64,000 bases of DNA from Dehalococcoidia bacterium (GCA_965116605.1 OZ220697.1:81427-145426), one strand, 5' to 3'. Shown: positions 18,601 to 28,238, counted from the stretch's first letter. Numbers and translations are program-made. The notes: generated by a model from the sequence alone, not told the origin.

Positions 18601-19794
18601 ATGTCTGTCTACGAACAATTCGGGGTACCGACGATAATCAACGTCTCGGGGGCCTCCACCCGCGTCGGAGGTGCGCTGATGCCCGGCGTGGTGATCGATG
18701 CGATGGCCGAGGCGGCCACCGAGTCCGTCTCCATGGTCGAGCTGCAGGCAGGGGCCAGCCGCTACATCGCCTCCGTTACGGGCGCCGAGGCCGGCTACGT
18801 GACCGCCGGCGCCTCTTCCGCGCTCACGCTGGGGGCCGCGGCCATAATGGCCGGGCTCAGCCCAGCGGCGATGGACAGGCTGCCGGACACCGAGGGCCTT
18901 AAGAGCGAGTTCATAATCGCCAGAGAGCACCGCAACGGCTACGATCACGCCGCCCGGGTCGCCGGGGCGAGCCTGGTGGAGGTGGGGATGAACGAGGTCG
19001 TCGCCAACGCGGGGGTCCGCCGCACCGAGGCCTGGGAGTACGAGGCGGCGATCACCGATCGGACCGCGGCCATCTACTACGGACAGGGTCCGTTAAGCGA
19101 GCCCCCTCTTGCCGAGGTCGTCGCGGTGGCCCGCCGCCACGGCATCCCGGTGCTCGTCGACGCGGCGGGGGAACTGCCTCCCAGGGAGAACCTGAGGGCC
19201 TTCATCGGGGCCGGCGCCGACCTCGTCGCCTTCTCGGGCGGCAAGGCACTGCGGGGCCCGCAGTCCAGCGGGATACTCTGCGGACGGCGCGACCTGATCG
19301 CCTCGGTGGCCCTCCAGCACCTGGACATGGACGAGTTCTTCGACATCTGGGATCCACCCCCCGACCTGATCCCCAAGGGTGAGCTGCCGGGCATCCCCAG
19401 GCACGGGATAGGTCGGGGCTTTAAGGTGGCCAAGGAAGAGGTGATCGGTCTGCTGGCCGCCCTGAGGAACTTCGTCGAGGGTGGACTCGAGGAGAGCTTC
19501 GCCCGGCAGCGGGGCTACCTTGAGTACGTCGTCGACGGGCTGAGCGGCCTGCCGGTGGACCCGGTCGTGGATGTGCCCGGGGAGGGCTCTCCGGTTCTCC
19601 GGATCAAGCTGGACGAGCAGGCCCTCGGCATGACGGCGTTCGAGGTCTCCCATCGCCTCAAGTCGGGCGAGCCGCGGGTCTTCGTCCAGGAGGTGGGCCT
19701 GCCGTCCGGCGTGCTCACCGTGCATCCACTCAACCTGGACCAGACGCGCACCGAGGCGCTGACCGAGGCGCTGAGGAGGTCGATCTCCGGCTAG
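18601..19794 (+). CDS. SelA-like/DgaE-like PLP-dependent enzyme (aminotransferase class-V fold)
   Basis: ATG 18601 after [22 protein letters not shown] resembles the PLP-lysine region of the SelA/DgaE family. The ORF-track start 18472 overlaps the upstream gene. Confidence 0.6.
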   Translation: MSVYEQFGVPTIINVSGASTRVGGALMPGVVIDAMAEAATESVSMVELQAGASRYIASVTGAEAGYVTAGASSALTLGAAAIMAGLSPAAMDRLPDTEGLKSEFIIAREHRNGYDHAARVAGASLVEVGMNEVVANAGVRRTEAWEYEAAITDRTAAIYYGQGPLSEPPLAEVVAVARRHGIPVLVDAAGELPPRENLRAFIGAGADLVAFSGGKALRGPQSSGILCGRRDLIASVALQHLDMDEFFDIWDPPPDLIPKGELPGIPRHGIGRGFKVAKEEVIGLLAALRNFVEGGLEESFARQRGYLEYVVDGLSGLPVDPVVDVPGEGSPVLRIKLDEQALGMTAFEVSHRLKSGEPRVFVQEVGLPSGVLTVHPLNLDQTRTEALTEALRRSISG

Positions 19795-19801
19795 GGGAGG
19801 C

Positions 19802-21496
19802 TCAGCCGGTTACCGCGCCCTCTGCGGCCGATGAGACGAGCTTGGCGTACTTGGCGAGCACGCCGCGCGTGTATCTCGGGGCCGGCGGGCTCCAGGCCTC
19901 GCGCCTGCGTGAGAGCTCCTGTTCGGTAACGCGCATCGACAGCTCGCGCGTCTCGACGTCCATGCTGATCGTATCGCCGTCGCGCAGCATCGCGATCGGG
20001 CCGCCGGTCATCGCCTCCGGTGCTATGTGCCCGATCATGGGCCCGCGCGTTGCGCCCGAGAACCGCCCGTCGGTAAGGAGCAGCGTCGTCTCACCGAGGC
20101 CGGCCCCCATGATGGCCCCTGTCAGGGCCAGCATCTCCTGCATGCCCGGGCCTCCCTTGGGCCCCTCGTACCGTACGACGATCACGTCGCCGTGCCTTAT
20201 GTGCCCGCCGGTGACCGCGTTAAAGGCCCCGCGCTCCGAGTCGAATACCCGGGCGGGCCCCTCGTGCCGCAGGTGCTTTGTCCCCGAGACCTTCATCACC
20301 GCTCCCTCCGGGGCCAGGTTGCCCTTCAGGATGACCAGTCCGCCGGTGGGGCTCCGCGGGTTGTCTATCGGGTATATGACCTTGCTGTCGGGCTCCGCGC
20401 CGGTCCGCGCGTGGTCGTCGGCGAGGTTCTCGGCAATGGTCCTTCCGGTGACGGTGATGCAGTCGCCGTGCAGGAGGCCCGCCTTGAGCAGTTCGCGCAT
20501 CAGCGTGGGCACCCCGCCCGCCTTGTCCATGTCGGGCATCACGTAGCGCCCGCCCGGCCGAAGATCGGTCAGGTACGGGGTGAGCCGGCTGAGGCGGTCA
20601 AAGTCGTCGATCGACAGCGGGACCTCGGCCTCGGCGGCTATCGCGAGCAGGTGCAGCACGGCGTTGGTGGATCCTCCCATCGACAGCACCACCGTTATGG
20701 CGTTCTCGAACGCCTCTCTGGTCATGATGTCGCGCGACTTTATGTCCCGTTCAAGCAGCGCGTGCATCGCCTCTCCGGCGCCGCGCGAGGCGTCGACATT
20801 GCGGGGGTCGACGGCGGGTATGGAAGCCGAGCCGGGCAGGGCCATGCCCAGTGCCTCGATGGCCGAGGACATCGTGTTCGCGGTGAACATACCCGAGCAG
20901 GCGCCCTCCCCGGGGCAGGCCACCCTCTCCATGGCGATCAGTTCATCCAGTGTGAGATCTCCCTGCGAGTGGGCCCCGACCGCCTCGAACATGTCCTGGA
21001 TGTTGATGTCCCTGCCCAGGTAGTTGCCGGCCAGGATCGCGCCTCCGTACACGAAGATCGACGGTACGTTCAGCCTCGCCATCGCCATCAGCGCGCCGGG
21101 CATGTTCTTGTCGCAGGCCGCGACCACCACGAGGCCGTCCATGCTCTCTCCGAACACGACCGTCTCGATCGAGTCCGCGATCACCTCCCTGCTCACGAGG
21201 GACGCCTTCATGCCCTCGGTTCCCATCGAGATGCCGTCGCTGATGGTTATCGTCCCGAACAGGAAGGGAACGGACCCTCCGGCGCGCACGCCCTCCTTGG
21301 CCGCCCTGGCGACCCGGTCGAGGTGCACGTTGCACGGCGTCACGTCGCTGGCCAGGTTGGCAACCGCAACGAAGGGCTTTTCAAAGTCGTCGTCCGTGAG
21401 GCCGGCGCCCCGCAGCATGGCCCTGGCCGGCGCGCGGTCTGCGCCGTCCACCTGAACGGCGCTGTGGCGCCTAAGGTTGGTCTTGGTGATGGTCAT
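19802..21496 (-). CDS. ilvD: Dihydroxy-acid dehydratase
   Basis: [25 protein letters not shown] and the C-terminal ILVD_EDD pattern. ATG at 21496 ([12 protein letters not shown]...) after GGAGAAG. The ORF-track maximum is 21604. Confidence 0.95.
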   Translation of the reverse strand: MTITKTNLRRHSAVQVDGADRAPARAMLRGAGLTDDDFEKPFVAVANLASDVTPCNVHLDRVARAAKEGVRAGGSVPFLFGTITISDGISMGTEGMKASLVSREVIADSIETVVFGESMDGLVVVAACDKNMPGALMAMARLNVPSIFVYGGAILAGNYLGRDINIQDMFEAVGAHSQGDLTLDELIAMERVACPGEGACSGMFTANTMSSAIEALGMALPGSASIPAVDPRNVDASRGAGEAMHALLERDIKSRDIMTREAFENAITVVLSMGGSTNAVLHLLAIAAEAEVPLSIDDFDRLSRLTPYLTDLRPGGRYVMPDMDKAGGVPTLMRELLKAGLLHGDCITVTGRTIAENLADDHARTGAEPDSKVIYPIDNPRSPTGGLVILKGNLAPEGAVMKVSGTKHLRHEGPARVFDSERGAFNAVTGGHIRHGDVIVVRYEGPKGGPGMQEMLALTGAIMGAGLGETTLLLTDGRFSGATRGPMIGHIAPEAMTGGPIAMLRDGDTISMDVETRELSMRVTEQELSRRREAWSPPAPRYTRGVLAKYAKLVSSAAEGAVTG

Positions 21497-21533
21497 CGAA
21501 GGCTTCTCCGGTGCGAATGGACACCGATGGCAA

Positions 21534-22619
21534 TTATATCGCCGTCTCGGCCTCGGCCCTGGCCTCCCTGCGCTGGGTGATGATGTGGTTGGCCACGAAT
21601 ACAAGGCCGCCTATGGCGATCACGCTCAGCAGCGTTATCGATCGGTCGAGCACCGCTACGGAAGCCGCGTCAGCCTTGGGCATGCTGAGCACGAGCAGTC
21701 CGGTCATGCCGGCCTCGACCGCCCCTATACCCCCGGGGGTCGGCACCGTGCTGAGCACCGCGTGGCCCAGTGAGACGAGCAGGACCATCGGGATCGAGAG
21801 CGAGAGGTCGAGCGCCTGGACCACGAAGTACAGCCGGGCCGCCTCCAGAGCCCATCCGATGACGCTCAGGGCCGCGAGGAGAGGAAGGTTGCGGGCCTCG
21901 ATGCTGCCGAGGCTCCCCTGGTGGAACTGGCCGTAGATGCGCTCTAGCGCGCTCGGGAGAAGCCTTGCCAGCCTGTGGCCGAACAGCCGCATGACGACGA
22001 GCAGCACGAAAAAGACCAGGGCGGTGCCGGCGGTCGCTATGACCAGGTACCTGAGTATGGTGTGGTCCGTGGTGACCGTTGCGGCCAGCACCGCGGCCAC
22101 GATCATCAGCGCGACCGTCGCCATGTCGAGCATCCTCTCGGCCAGCAGCGTGCCGAGACCCCAGAAAAAGCCGCCCTTGGTGTCCTTGGAGAACACCCAG
22201 GCGCGGTAGGCGTCGCCCAGCCTGAGCCAGGCGATGGTGTTGACGAACCAGCCCATGATGATCAGCTGTGCGAAGCGCAGCGTCGATGGAAGGTGGATGG
22301 AGGTTTCGGGCTTATCCCCGCTCTGTGCGGCGCTTCGCGCCAGCAGCCGCCAGCGGTATCCGCGGAACAGAAAGCTCAGGTAGTAGAGGGCCATCGCCAG
22401 GACGAAGGGCCAGGCCTTCATCTGGCTGACGTTTTGCCAGGTGTCCGACCAGTCCAGGTCGATGCCCCAGGCCAGGAAGAAGATGAACGCGCCCGCCACC
22501 CCCAGGGAGAGCAGGGTCGGGAGGGACAATATTCGTCGACGAAGGATCGACGGCAGGTCTGCGCCGGCGCTCGAGTCCGCCGATGAGAGGACGAGGCCGA
22601 CGAGTCGGGTTAATCGCAT
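21534..22619 (-). CDS. Polytopic membrane protein, flippase-like/LPG-synthase TM domain (UPF0104-like)
   Basis: About 8 hydrophobic helices and the [10 protein letters not shown] motif typical of this family. Confidence 0.5.
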   Translation of the reverse strand: MRLTRLVGLVLSSADSSAGADLPSILRRRILSLPTLLSLGVAGAFIFFLAWGIDLDWSDTWQNVSQMKAWPFVLAMALYYLSFLFRGYRWRLLARSAAQSGDKPETSIHLPSTLRFAQLIIMGWFVNTIAWLRLGDAYRAWVFSKDTKGGFFWGLGTLLAERMLDMATVALMIVAAVLAATVTTDHTILRYLVIATAGTALVFFVLLVVMRLFGHRLARLLPSALERIYGQFHQGSLGSIEARNLPLLAALSVIGWALEAARLYFVVQALDLSLSIPMVLLVSLGHAVLSTVPTPGGIGAVEAGMTGLLVLSMPKADAASVAVLDRSITLLSVIAIGGLVFVANHIITQRREARAEAETAI

Positions 22620-22634
22620 TGGCCATGGGCCATT

Positions 22635-23297
22635 CTACAGCGGCCGCCTGCCCGGCACTCCCTCGCGCCTGGGGAAGCGCTCAGGGGAGGGTGCGTGCTT
22701 GGGGACCACTATCAGGCGGGCGTCCCTGCCCTCGCCGACTATCGCCGGGTCGACCCTGACCACCGCGGGCTCGCCCGCGCCTATGGCATCGAGCGCACGG
22801 GCGGCCGCGCCCAGCTCGGCCTCAGCCTCCCTTCCCTTGTAGCCGACGAACAGGCCGCCGACCCGGCAGAACGGCATGGTGAGCTCGACGAGGGTGGACA
22901 GGCCGGCAACGCCCCTTGACACCACGATGTCGAAGCTCTCGCGGATCCCCGGCTGGTGCGCGGCCGTCTCGGCCCGGTCCCTGATCACCGCAAGGTCGCA
23001 GAGCGCCAGCTCGGTCCTTACCCGCTCAAGGAAGCTCGCCTTCTTGCCCGTGGCCTCAAGGAGGGTCACCCGGCAGCCCGGCAGCGCGATTGCGAGAGCG
23101 ACCCCGGGCAGCCCCGCGCCGGAGCCGACGTCCAGCACGCTCGAGCGGGAGATACGGTGCGGTTCGACGGCGGCGGCGATGGTCAGGGAGTCGAGGAAGT
23201 GGCGGACCCTTATCTGGGCCGGGTCGACGATGGCGGTAAGGTTCGTCCGCCGGTTGCCCTCGATGATCAGCTCCAGGTAGCGCTCGAACGTCGCCAC
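22635..23297 (-). CDS. rsmG: 16S rRNA (guanine527-N7)-methyltransferase
   Basis: NLTAI...HFLDSL...VLDVGSGAGLPGVALAI SAM-binding pattern of GidB/RsmG. Confidence 0.9.
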   Translation of the reverse strand: MATFERYLELIIEGNRRTNLTAIVDPAQIRVRHFLDSLTIAAAVEPHRISRSSVLDVGSGAGLPGVALAIALPGCRVTLLEATGKKASFLERVRTELALCDLAVIRDRAETAAHQPGIRESFDIVVSRGVAGLSTLVELTMPFCRVGGLFVGYKGREAEAELGAAARALDAIGAGEPAVVRVDPAIVGEGRDARLIVVPKHAPSPERFPRREGVPGRRPL

Positions 23298-23352
23298 CTG
23301 CTCGGCGTCGAGCGCATGATGCCCAGCGCCGCCGCGCCGTCGACGAGATCGG

Positions 23353-23964
23353 TCAGGGGACTGCCGCCCCGGAGCGGGGGGCGGTGCCGGCGATGCCGCC
23401 GGCCGGCGCGAGCGAGCTGGTCACAGTGAACAGGTTGATCACGAACATGGGGCCGCTCGGGATGTGCAGCGGCCAGAGCACAAGGCCGAGCGGGCCGACC
23501 GCCGCCACCGCCCAGGCCGCCCGTGGGCCAACCGCCCCCGACCTTCTGAGCCCCAGCCCGTACGCGGTCATGCCGACCTGGGCCGCGACGACCGCGGGAA
23601 ACTCCACCGCACCGTAGAAGATCGACTGGAGGGGTGAAAAGCCCACGGTTGCGCCGTTCCCGGAGCCCGAGTAGTAAGAACCCAGGTCGCCGACCAGCGC
23701 GACAGCGAGGGCCGCAAAGGTGAGCCAGAATGCGCCCTGTACCCAGAGAGTCGACCGGCTCCCGATCCGCCTCTGAAAGCAGTACAGCCCGGCCATCGCG
23801 CCAATGTAGGCGGGAAAGAACAGGCGGCCGGCGATCAGGTAGGCGTCCGACTCGGCAAGCCACGTCGCCATAACCAGGGGCGTTACCAGAAGGCCGAACC
23901 CCCCGCCGGCGATGGCTACGATGCGCAGGTAGGAAGGTGGGATGGAGCCCGGTCCGAAGGTCAC
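23353..23964 (-). CDS. Hypothetical integral membrane protein
   Basis: 203 aa with about six hydrophobic segments; no family recognised. Confidence 0.5.
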   Translation of the reverse strand: MTFGPGSIPPSYLRIVAIAGGGFGLLVTPLVMATWLAESDAYLIAGRLFFPAYIGAMAGLYCFQRRIGSRSTLWVQGAFWLTFAALAVALVGDLGSYYSGSGNGATVGFSPLQSIFYGAVEFPAVVAAQVGMTAYGLGLRRSGAVGPRAAWAVAAVGPLGLVLWPLHIPSGPMFVINLFTVTSSLAPAGGIAGTAPRSGAAVP

Positions 23965-24010
23965 CCGGAAAGCCTAATCGCAGTCCGCACGCCCTGCCAA
24001 GACCGTGCGT

Positions 24011-24040
24011 TTGACACGGCGCTGAGTGCGGAAATAGACT
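24011..24040 (+). promoter_or_regulatory. Candidate promoter driving the TPP riboswitch
   Basis: TTGACA (24011-24016), 18-nt spacer, TAGACT (24035-24040). The predicted TSS is about 20-25 nt upstream of the aptamer P1 helix. Confidence 0.35.
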
Positions 24041-24064
24041 TTGCGCGACAAGTCTATAGATCAC

Positions 24065-24165
24065 ATTCACCCGGGGGAGCCCGTTAGGGCTGAGAGGCCG
24101 GCCACAGGGCCGTCGACCCCTCGAACCTGACCTGGATAACGCCAGCGTAGGGAGCGGGAACCATC
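24065..24165 (+). promoter_or_regulatory. TPP (THI-box) riboswitch aptamer
   Basis: cccgGGGGAGCC..GGGCTGAGAG...GACCCCTCGAACCTGACCTGGATAACGCCAGCGTAGGGAgcggg matches the conserved TPP aptamer cores (CTGAGA; ACCTGATCTGGATAATGCCAGCGTAGGGA) with a closing P1 helix CCCG/CGGG. Thiamine genes lie downstream. Confidence 0.9.
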
Positions 24166-24168
24166 GAG

Positions 24169-24224
24169 GCATCGCCGCGCCGGCCCAGTCCACAAGGGAC
24201 CCGGATAGAGGCGGTGCTTTTTTT
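24169..24224 (+). terminator. Riboswitch expression platform: terminator-like hairpin plus U-tract overlapping the start codon
   Basis: gcatcgcc (24169-24176) pairs with ggcggtgc (24210-24217; one G-U pair) and is followed by T7 (24218-24224). The large 33-nt interior has further CCC/GGG pairing. The GTG start 24214 lies in the 3' arm. Confidence 0.4.
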
Positions 24225-25695
24225 GTCGGACGGCTCACTGGCGATAGTTCTGACGCTGGTCACCTCGGTCGTCTTCGTGGCCGTCGCATACCTCTACTCG
24301 GCCAAGAGGCGGCAGAGCGTCGAGGACTACGTCGTTGCCCGCGGCAGCGTCGGTGGCATGCTCGCCACCGCGACGCTCGTGGCCTCCGCGATGGGGGCAT
24401 GGATCCTGTTCAGTCCCGCCGAGACCGGGACCTGGGCCGGTCTGGTGGGGCTGATCGGCTACAGCCTGGGGTCGGCCGCGCCCATAGCGGCGTTCGTTAT
24501 CCTCGGCGCCCGCATGAGGCGGCTGATGCCCGAGGGCAGATCCCTTACCGATTTCGTGTGGACCAGGTACGGACCGATGACGTACCTGGCCTCCGTGGCG
24601 GTGATCGTGTTCTACATGTTCATCTTCCTGTCCGCCGAGATGACCGGCATAGCCCTGGCCGCGCGACTGATAGGAGACACTCCCCTCTGGGTTACCGCGC
24701 TGATCGTCGGGGCGATGACGGTCGCCTACACGGCCTACGGGGGTCTCAGGGCCTCGGTCATCACAGACGGGGTGCAGTTCATGCTGATCATCCCGCTGCT
24801 GGGGGCGGTGCTGATCGCCCTTTTGTTCCTGCTCGACGGTTTCGGTCCGGCCATATCCAGGGTCGGCGAGGAGGCGGGACAGCTCCTTTCGCTGGGCCAC
24901 GGGCCCGGAATCGAGTTCGCGTTCACGCTGTTCATCGCCGTCTGGGCCGCGAACATGTTCCACCAGGGGTTCTGGCAGCGCGTGTACACGGTCAGGGACG
25001 AGCGGTCGCTGAGGCGGGGGTTCGCGGCGGCCGCGGCCGTGGTGATACCCATGGTGATGCTCGCGGGCCTGGTCGGGATCGTCGCGGTCGGGCACGGATC
25101 GGCAGATGAGCCGTCGGTGGCCCTGTTTGCCCTGGTCCTCGATGCGATGCCGAAATGGGCGTGGGCGGTGGTCCTGGTCGCCGGGCTGATGCTGGTGATG
25201 AGCAGCATGGATACACTGCTTAACGGAATAGCCTCAGCCGTCACCTCGGACCTCGCGCGGTTTCGGCCCGCCTGGTCGGGCTCCCGGCTCCTGGGGTCAT
25301 CCAGGTTGATCACGCTTGCGGTGGTTATCCCGGCGATCGCCATTGCCTCCCAGGGCTACAGCGTCCTCTACCTGTTCCTGATAGCCGACCTGATCTGCGC
25401 GGCCGCGGTCGTGCCCGTCTTCTACGGCCTGTACAACAGGCGCCTGTCGGACGGGGCGGCGGCGGCGGCGTTCATCGCCGGGGTGGTGGTCGGCGTGCTG
25501 TTCTTCCCCGCCTCGGACTTCAGCGCATGGAACTCGATACCATGGTCGGGCAAGACGCTGGTGAGCTTTGCGACCGCCCTCGGCGCGTCGACCGTCGTTG
25601 CGCTGGTCGGTGCGCACCTGCTCGGCAGCCCCGGAAAGGAGAGTGAATTCGACTTCGGCCTGCTCGCGGCAAGAGTGCGGGCGATAACGGATTGA
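24214..25695 (+). CDS. Sodium:solute symporter family (SSF) transporter, riboswitch-controlled (candidate thiamine-precursor importer, ThiV-like)
   Basis: About 13 TM helices. The N-terminal pattern ...YSAKRRQSVEDYVVARGSVGG is typical of SSF. The exact start is uncertain (GTG 24214 or TTG 24223). Confidence 0.75.
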   Translation: MLFLSDGSLAIVLTLVTSVVFVAVAYLYSAKRRQSVEDYVVARGSVGGMLATATLVASAMGAWILFSPAETGTWAGLVGLIGYSLGSAAPIAAFVILGARMRRLMPEGRSLTDFVWTRYGPMTYLASVAVIVFYMFIFLSAEMTGIALAARLIGDTPLWVTALIVGAMTVAYTAYGGLRASVITDGVQFMLIIPLLGAVLIALLFLLDGFGPAISRVGEEAGQLLSLGHGPGIEFAFTLFIAVWAANMFHQGFWQRVYTVRDERSLRRGFAAAAAVVIPMVMLAGLVGIVAVGHGSADEPSVALFALVLDAMPKWAWAVVLVAGLMLVMSSMDTLLNGIASAVTSDLARFRPAWSGSRLLGSSRLITLAVVIPAIAIASQGYSVLYLFLIADLICAAAVVPVFYGLYNRRLSDGAAAAAFIAGVVVGVLFFPASDFSAWNSIPWSGKTLVSFATALGASTVVALVGAHLLGSPGKESEFDFGLLAARVRAITD

Positions 25696-25697
25696 AC

Positions 25698-26372
25698 ATG
25701 GCAGACTCTTTCACACGCGATCTTAGGGCCAGGCACCGGAGCGCATGGGAGCGGGTGGTCGTCCACCCGTTCGTCCTGGAGCTGGGCGATGGAACGCTGC
25801 CGCTCGAGAGGTTCCGCTTCTACTTCGTCCAGGACTACATATTCGTAAAGGACCTGGTGGCGGTGATGGGCATGGCCATCGCCAAGTCCCCGGACCTGGG
25901 CGCGGCAAGCGCGCCGATCAACCGGTTCCTTACCGGTGTGCTCAACCCGGAGAACGACCTTTTCGTAAGGGCCCTTGGCGCTCTCGATGCGACCGCCGAG
26001 GAGCTCACCGCCTCCGTCGCAACGCCGGCCACGCAGGGCTTTTGCGACTTTGTCACCCGAGTGGGGCACGAGGGAACGTTCGACGAGATCATCACGGTGC
26101 TCTACGTGACCGAGGGAACGTACCTTGAGTGGGCTACCCGGCTGATCGAGGCCGGCCGGGTGCCCGACACCGGGTTCTACAGGGAATGGATAGACATCCA
26201 CGGGCCCGCGGCGCTCGGCGAGATCGTCGAGTGGATGGGCGCGCACCTTGACTCGATCGCGCCCGGGGACCGCTCCCCGCGGACCGACTGGCTTGTGCGC
26301 ACCGCGCTCGCCTACGAGCTGATGTTCTGGGAGCAGGCCTACACGGGCGAAGGCTCCGAGTGGCCCGCGTGA
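25698..26372 (+). CDS. tenA: Aminopyrimidine aminohydrolase / thiaminase II
   Basis: HPFVLELGDGTLPLERFRFYFVQDYIFVKDL is the TenA/THI-4 signature. ATG 25698 lies 2 nt after the transporter stop. Confidence 0.85.
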   Translation: MADSFTRDLRARHRSAWERVVVHPFVLELGDGTLPLERFRFYFVQDYIFVKDLVAVMGMAIAKSPDLGAASAPINRFLTGVLNPENDLFVRALGALDATAEELTASVATPATQGFCDFVTRVGHEGTFDEIITVLYVTEGTYLEWATRLIEAGRVPDTGFYREWIDIHGPAALGEIVEWMGAHLDSIAPGDRSPRTDWLVRTALAYELMFWEQAYTGEGSEWPA

Positions 26373-27178
26373 GCAGGCCCCGCGTCCTGACCGTTGCCGG
26401 CTCGGACTCCGGCGCCGGCGCAGGGATCCAGGCGGACCTTAAGACGTTCGCGGCCCTGGGCGCCTACGGTACCTCGGCCATAACCGCCATCACCGCCCAG
26501 AACACGCTGGGCGTAACCGACGTCCTCGAGGTGCATCCGGCCACGGTCCGCGCCCAGATCGATGCGGTCATGGATGACATCGGCGCCGACGCCGCCAAGA
26601 CCGGGATGCTCTCGAGCGCGGAGATCATCGAGGAGGTGGCGACCGGACTGCGGCGCCACGACGTCGGCCGACTGGTCGTCGACCCGGTGATGGTCGCGAC
26701 CACCGGAGCGAGGCTGCTGAGAAAGGACGCCGAGGAGGCGCTGATCCGCCTGCTGATCCCGGCGGCCAGCCTGGTTACGCCCAATGTGCAGGAGGCCGCG
26801 GTGCTCGTCGGGCGGCCGATAGAGACGATCGATCAGGTCCGGGAGGCTGCGCGTGAGATTGCCGGGATGGGCGCACGCGCCGTCGTGATAACCGGCGGCC
26901 TGGAGGGCGGTCCGGCGACGGATGTCCTGTTCGCGGGGGGCGAGATAGAGATCTTTGCCGCAGAGCGGATCGAGACCCTGAGTACGCACGGGACCGGCTG
27001 CACGTTTTCGGCCGCCGCGGCGGTCGGCCTCGCCAGGGGCATGCGCGTAAGGGATGCGGTGGCGACGGCGAAGCGCTACGTGGCCTGCGCCATACGCGGG
27101 GCCTACCAGGTGGGGTCCGGGCACGGTCCGGTGGACCATTTCCACGGGCTGGCCGGGAGCGGGCCGGGCCAGCAGTGA
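26360..27178 (+). CDS. thiD: Hydroxymethylpyrimidine/phosphomethylpyrimidine kinase
   Basis: VLTVAGSDSGAGAGIQADLKTFAALG...AITAQNT... and the GTGCTFSAA motif. The start overlaps the tenA stop (GTGA). Confidence 0.92.
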   Translation: MARVSRPRVLTVAGSDSGAGAGIQADLKTFAALGAYGTSAITAITAQNTLGVTDVLEVHPATVRAQIDAVMDDIGADAAKTGMLSSAEIIEEVATGLRRHDVGRLVVDPVMVATTGARLLRKDAEEALIRLLIPAASLVTPNVQEAAVLVGRPIETIDQVREAAREIAGMGARAVVITGGLEGGPATDVLFAGGEIEIFAAERIETLSTHGTGCTFSAAAAVGLARGMRVRDAVATAKRYVACAIRGAYQVGSGHGPVDHFHGLAGSGPGQQ

Positions 27179-27205
27179 GCGGCCGTCCGGACCGCCCGCG
27201 TTTCG

Positions 27206-27234
27206 TTGAATGGGGATTTGGGCGCCGCTATAAT
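27206..27234 (+). promoter_or_regulatory. Near-consensus sigma-70 promoter upstream of small ORF and bioY
   Basis: TTGAAT (27206-27211), 17-nt spacer, TATAAT (27229-27234). The -10 box is flanked by the 6-bp GC inverted repeat cgccgc/gcggcg (27223-27228 / 27236-27241). Confidence 0.55.
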
Positions 27235-27292
27235 TGCGGCGGCTCGCCGCGGATGGCACGGCGGGCCGTGCGTGCGACTGTAGGAGGTCCGG

Positions 27293-27484
27293 ATGGACTC
27301 TAAAGACAACGAAGTTTCTGGAAGCTCCCGCAGGGAGTTCCTCAGGAAGGTCCCCATGGGGCTGTTGGGCGTTGCGGCGCTGATGACCGTGGGCGGGAGC
27401 CTTTTCGGGCTCACCCGCAGGCGGGTCAGCTTCGGCCCCGACTCGATCTTCCGCCCGCGCGACGGCGGGCCGTCGGAGGTGTAG
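27293..27484 (+). CDS. Small protein consisting essentially of a twin-arginine-type signal/TM segment (63 aa)
   Basis: AGGAGG lies 5 nt before the ATG. SRREFLRKVPMGLLGVAALMTVGG resembles a Tat leader. The stop is 1 nt before the bioY start. Confidence 0.45.
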   Translation: MDSKDNEVSGSSRREFLRKVPMGLLGVAALMTVGGSLFGLTRRRVSFGPDSIFRPRDGGPSEV

Positions 27485-27485
27485 G

Positions 27486-28166
27486 GTGATGCAGATGGTC
27501 ACGCGGCCGGGGGCCCTTGTAGTCCAGGCGCGTCCCTGGGCGCTGCTCGGTAGGCCCGGTCCCTCGCTGCTCGAGGCTCTCTACCCGGGGGCCAACTCCG
27601 CCCACAAGATGGCGATTTCGCTGGCGCTGGTGGGCGTCCTGGTGGGGCTTGCCAGGGCGCGGTTCTTCCTGCCGGATAACCCGGTTCCCATCACGTTCCA
27701 GACCTTCGGGGTGCTGATGATCGGAGGGGTGCTCGGCTGGCGCTGGGGCCTTTTCTCGATACTGGTGTACTACTTCATGGGCATGGCCGGTGTGCCCGTC
27801 TTCCAGGGCGGCGGTAACGGCTGGGCGTACACAGGCGAGGGCGTAACCGGGGGCTACCTGATCGGCTTCATTGCCTCGGCGTGGCTGGTCGGCTATCTCT
27901 CGCAGCGGGGATGGAACCGCGGCAGGTCGATGTGGACGATGATCCTGGCGATGCTCGTGGTATACGTGCCGGCGCTGCTCTGGCTCCGCTACGGGGGCTT
28001 TTCGTGGCCGGCCGAGGGAGAGCTGTTCTCGGCCGGGATGTACCCGTTCATACCCGGCGACCTGGTAAAGGCCATGCTCGCGTCCGTGGCCGTGGGCCTC
28101 GGCTGGAAGATCGCCGATCGCCGGTCGGCCGAAAGGGAGGCCAGGTCCGAATCGGGCGACGGGTGA
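27486..28166 (+). CDS. bioY: Biotin transporter BioY
   Basis: VPITFQTFGVLMIGGVLG...GMAGVPVFQGGG...TGGYLIGFI is the BioY family pattern. No bioMN is adjacent. Confidence 0.85.
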   Translation: MMQMVTRPGALVVQARPWALLGRPGPSLLEALYPGANSAHKMAISLALVGVLVGLARARFFLPDNPVPITFQTFGVLMIGGVLGWRWGLFSILVYYFMGMAGVPVFQGGGNGWAYTGEGVTGGYLIGFIASAWLVGYLSQRGWNRGRSMWTMILAMLVVYVPALLWLRYGGFSWPAEGELFSAGMYPFIPGDLVKAMLASVAVGLGWKIADRRSAEREARSESGDG

Positions 28167-28238
28167 CGCCGGCCGGCGGGCTCGAGACGGAAGTCAACTG
28201 AGCGCACCCCGGGACGGCCCGGGGCAAGGAGGGGCGTT

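Noticed and set aside
23267-24238. 323-aa minus-strand ORF covering the riboswitch region and the upstream membrane-protein gene.
   Set aside because: It overlaps a canonical TPP aptamer on the other strand and the better ORF 23353..23964, and its composition is artefactual (Arg/Pro/Gly-rich).
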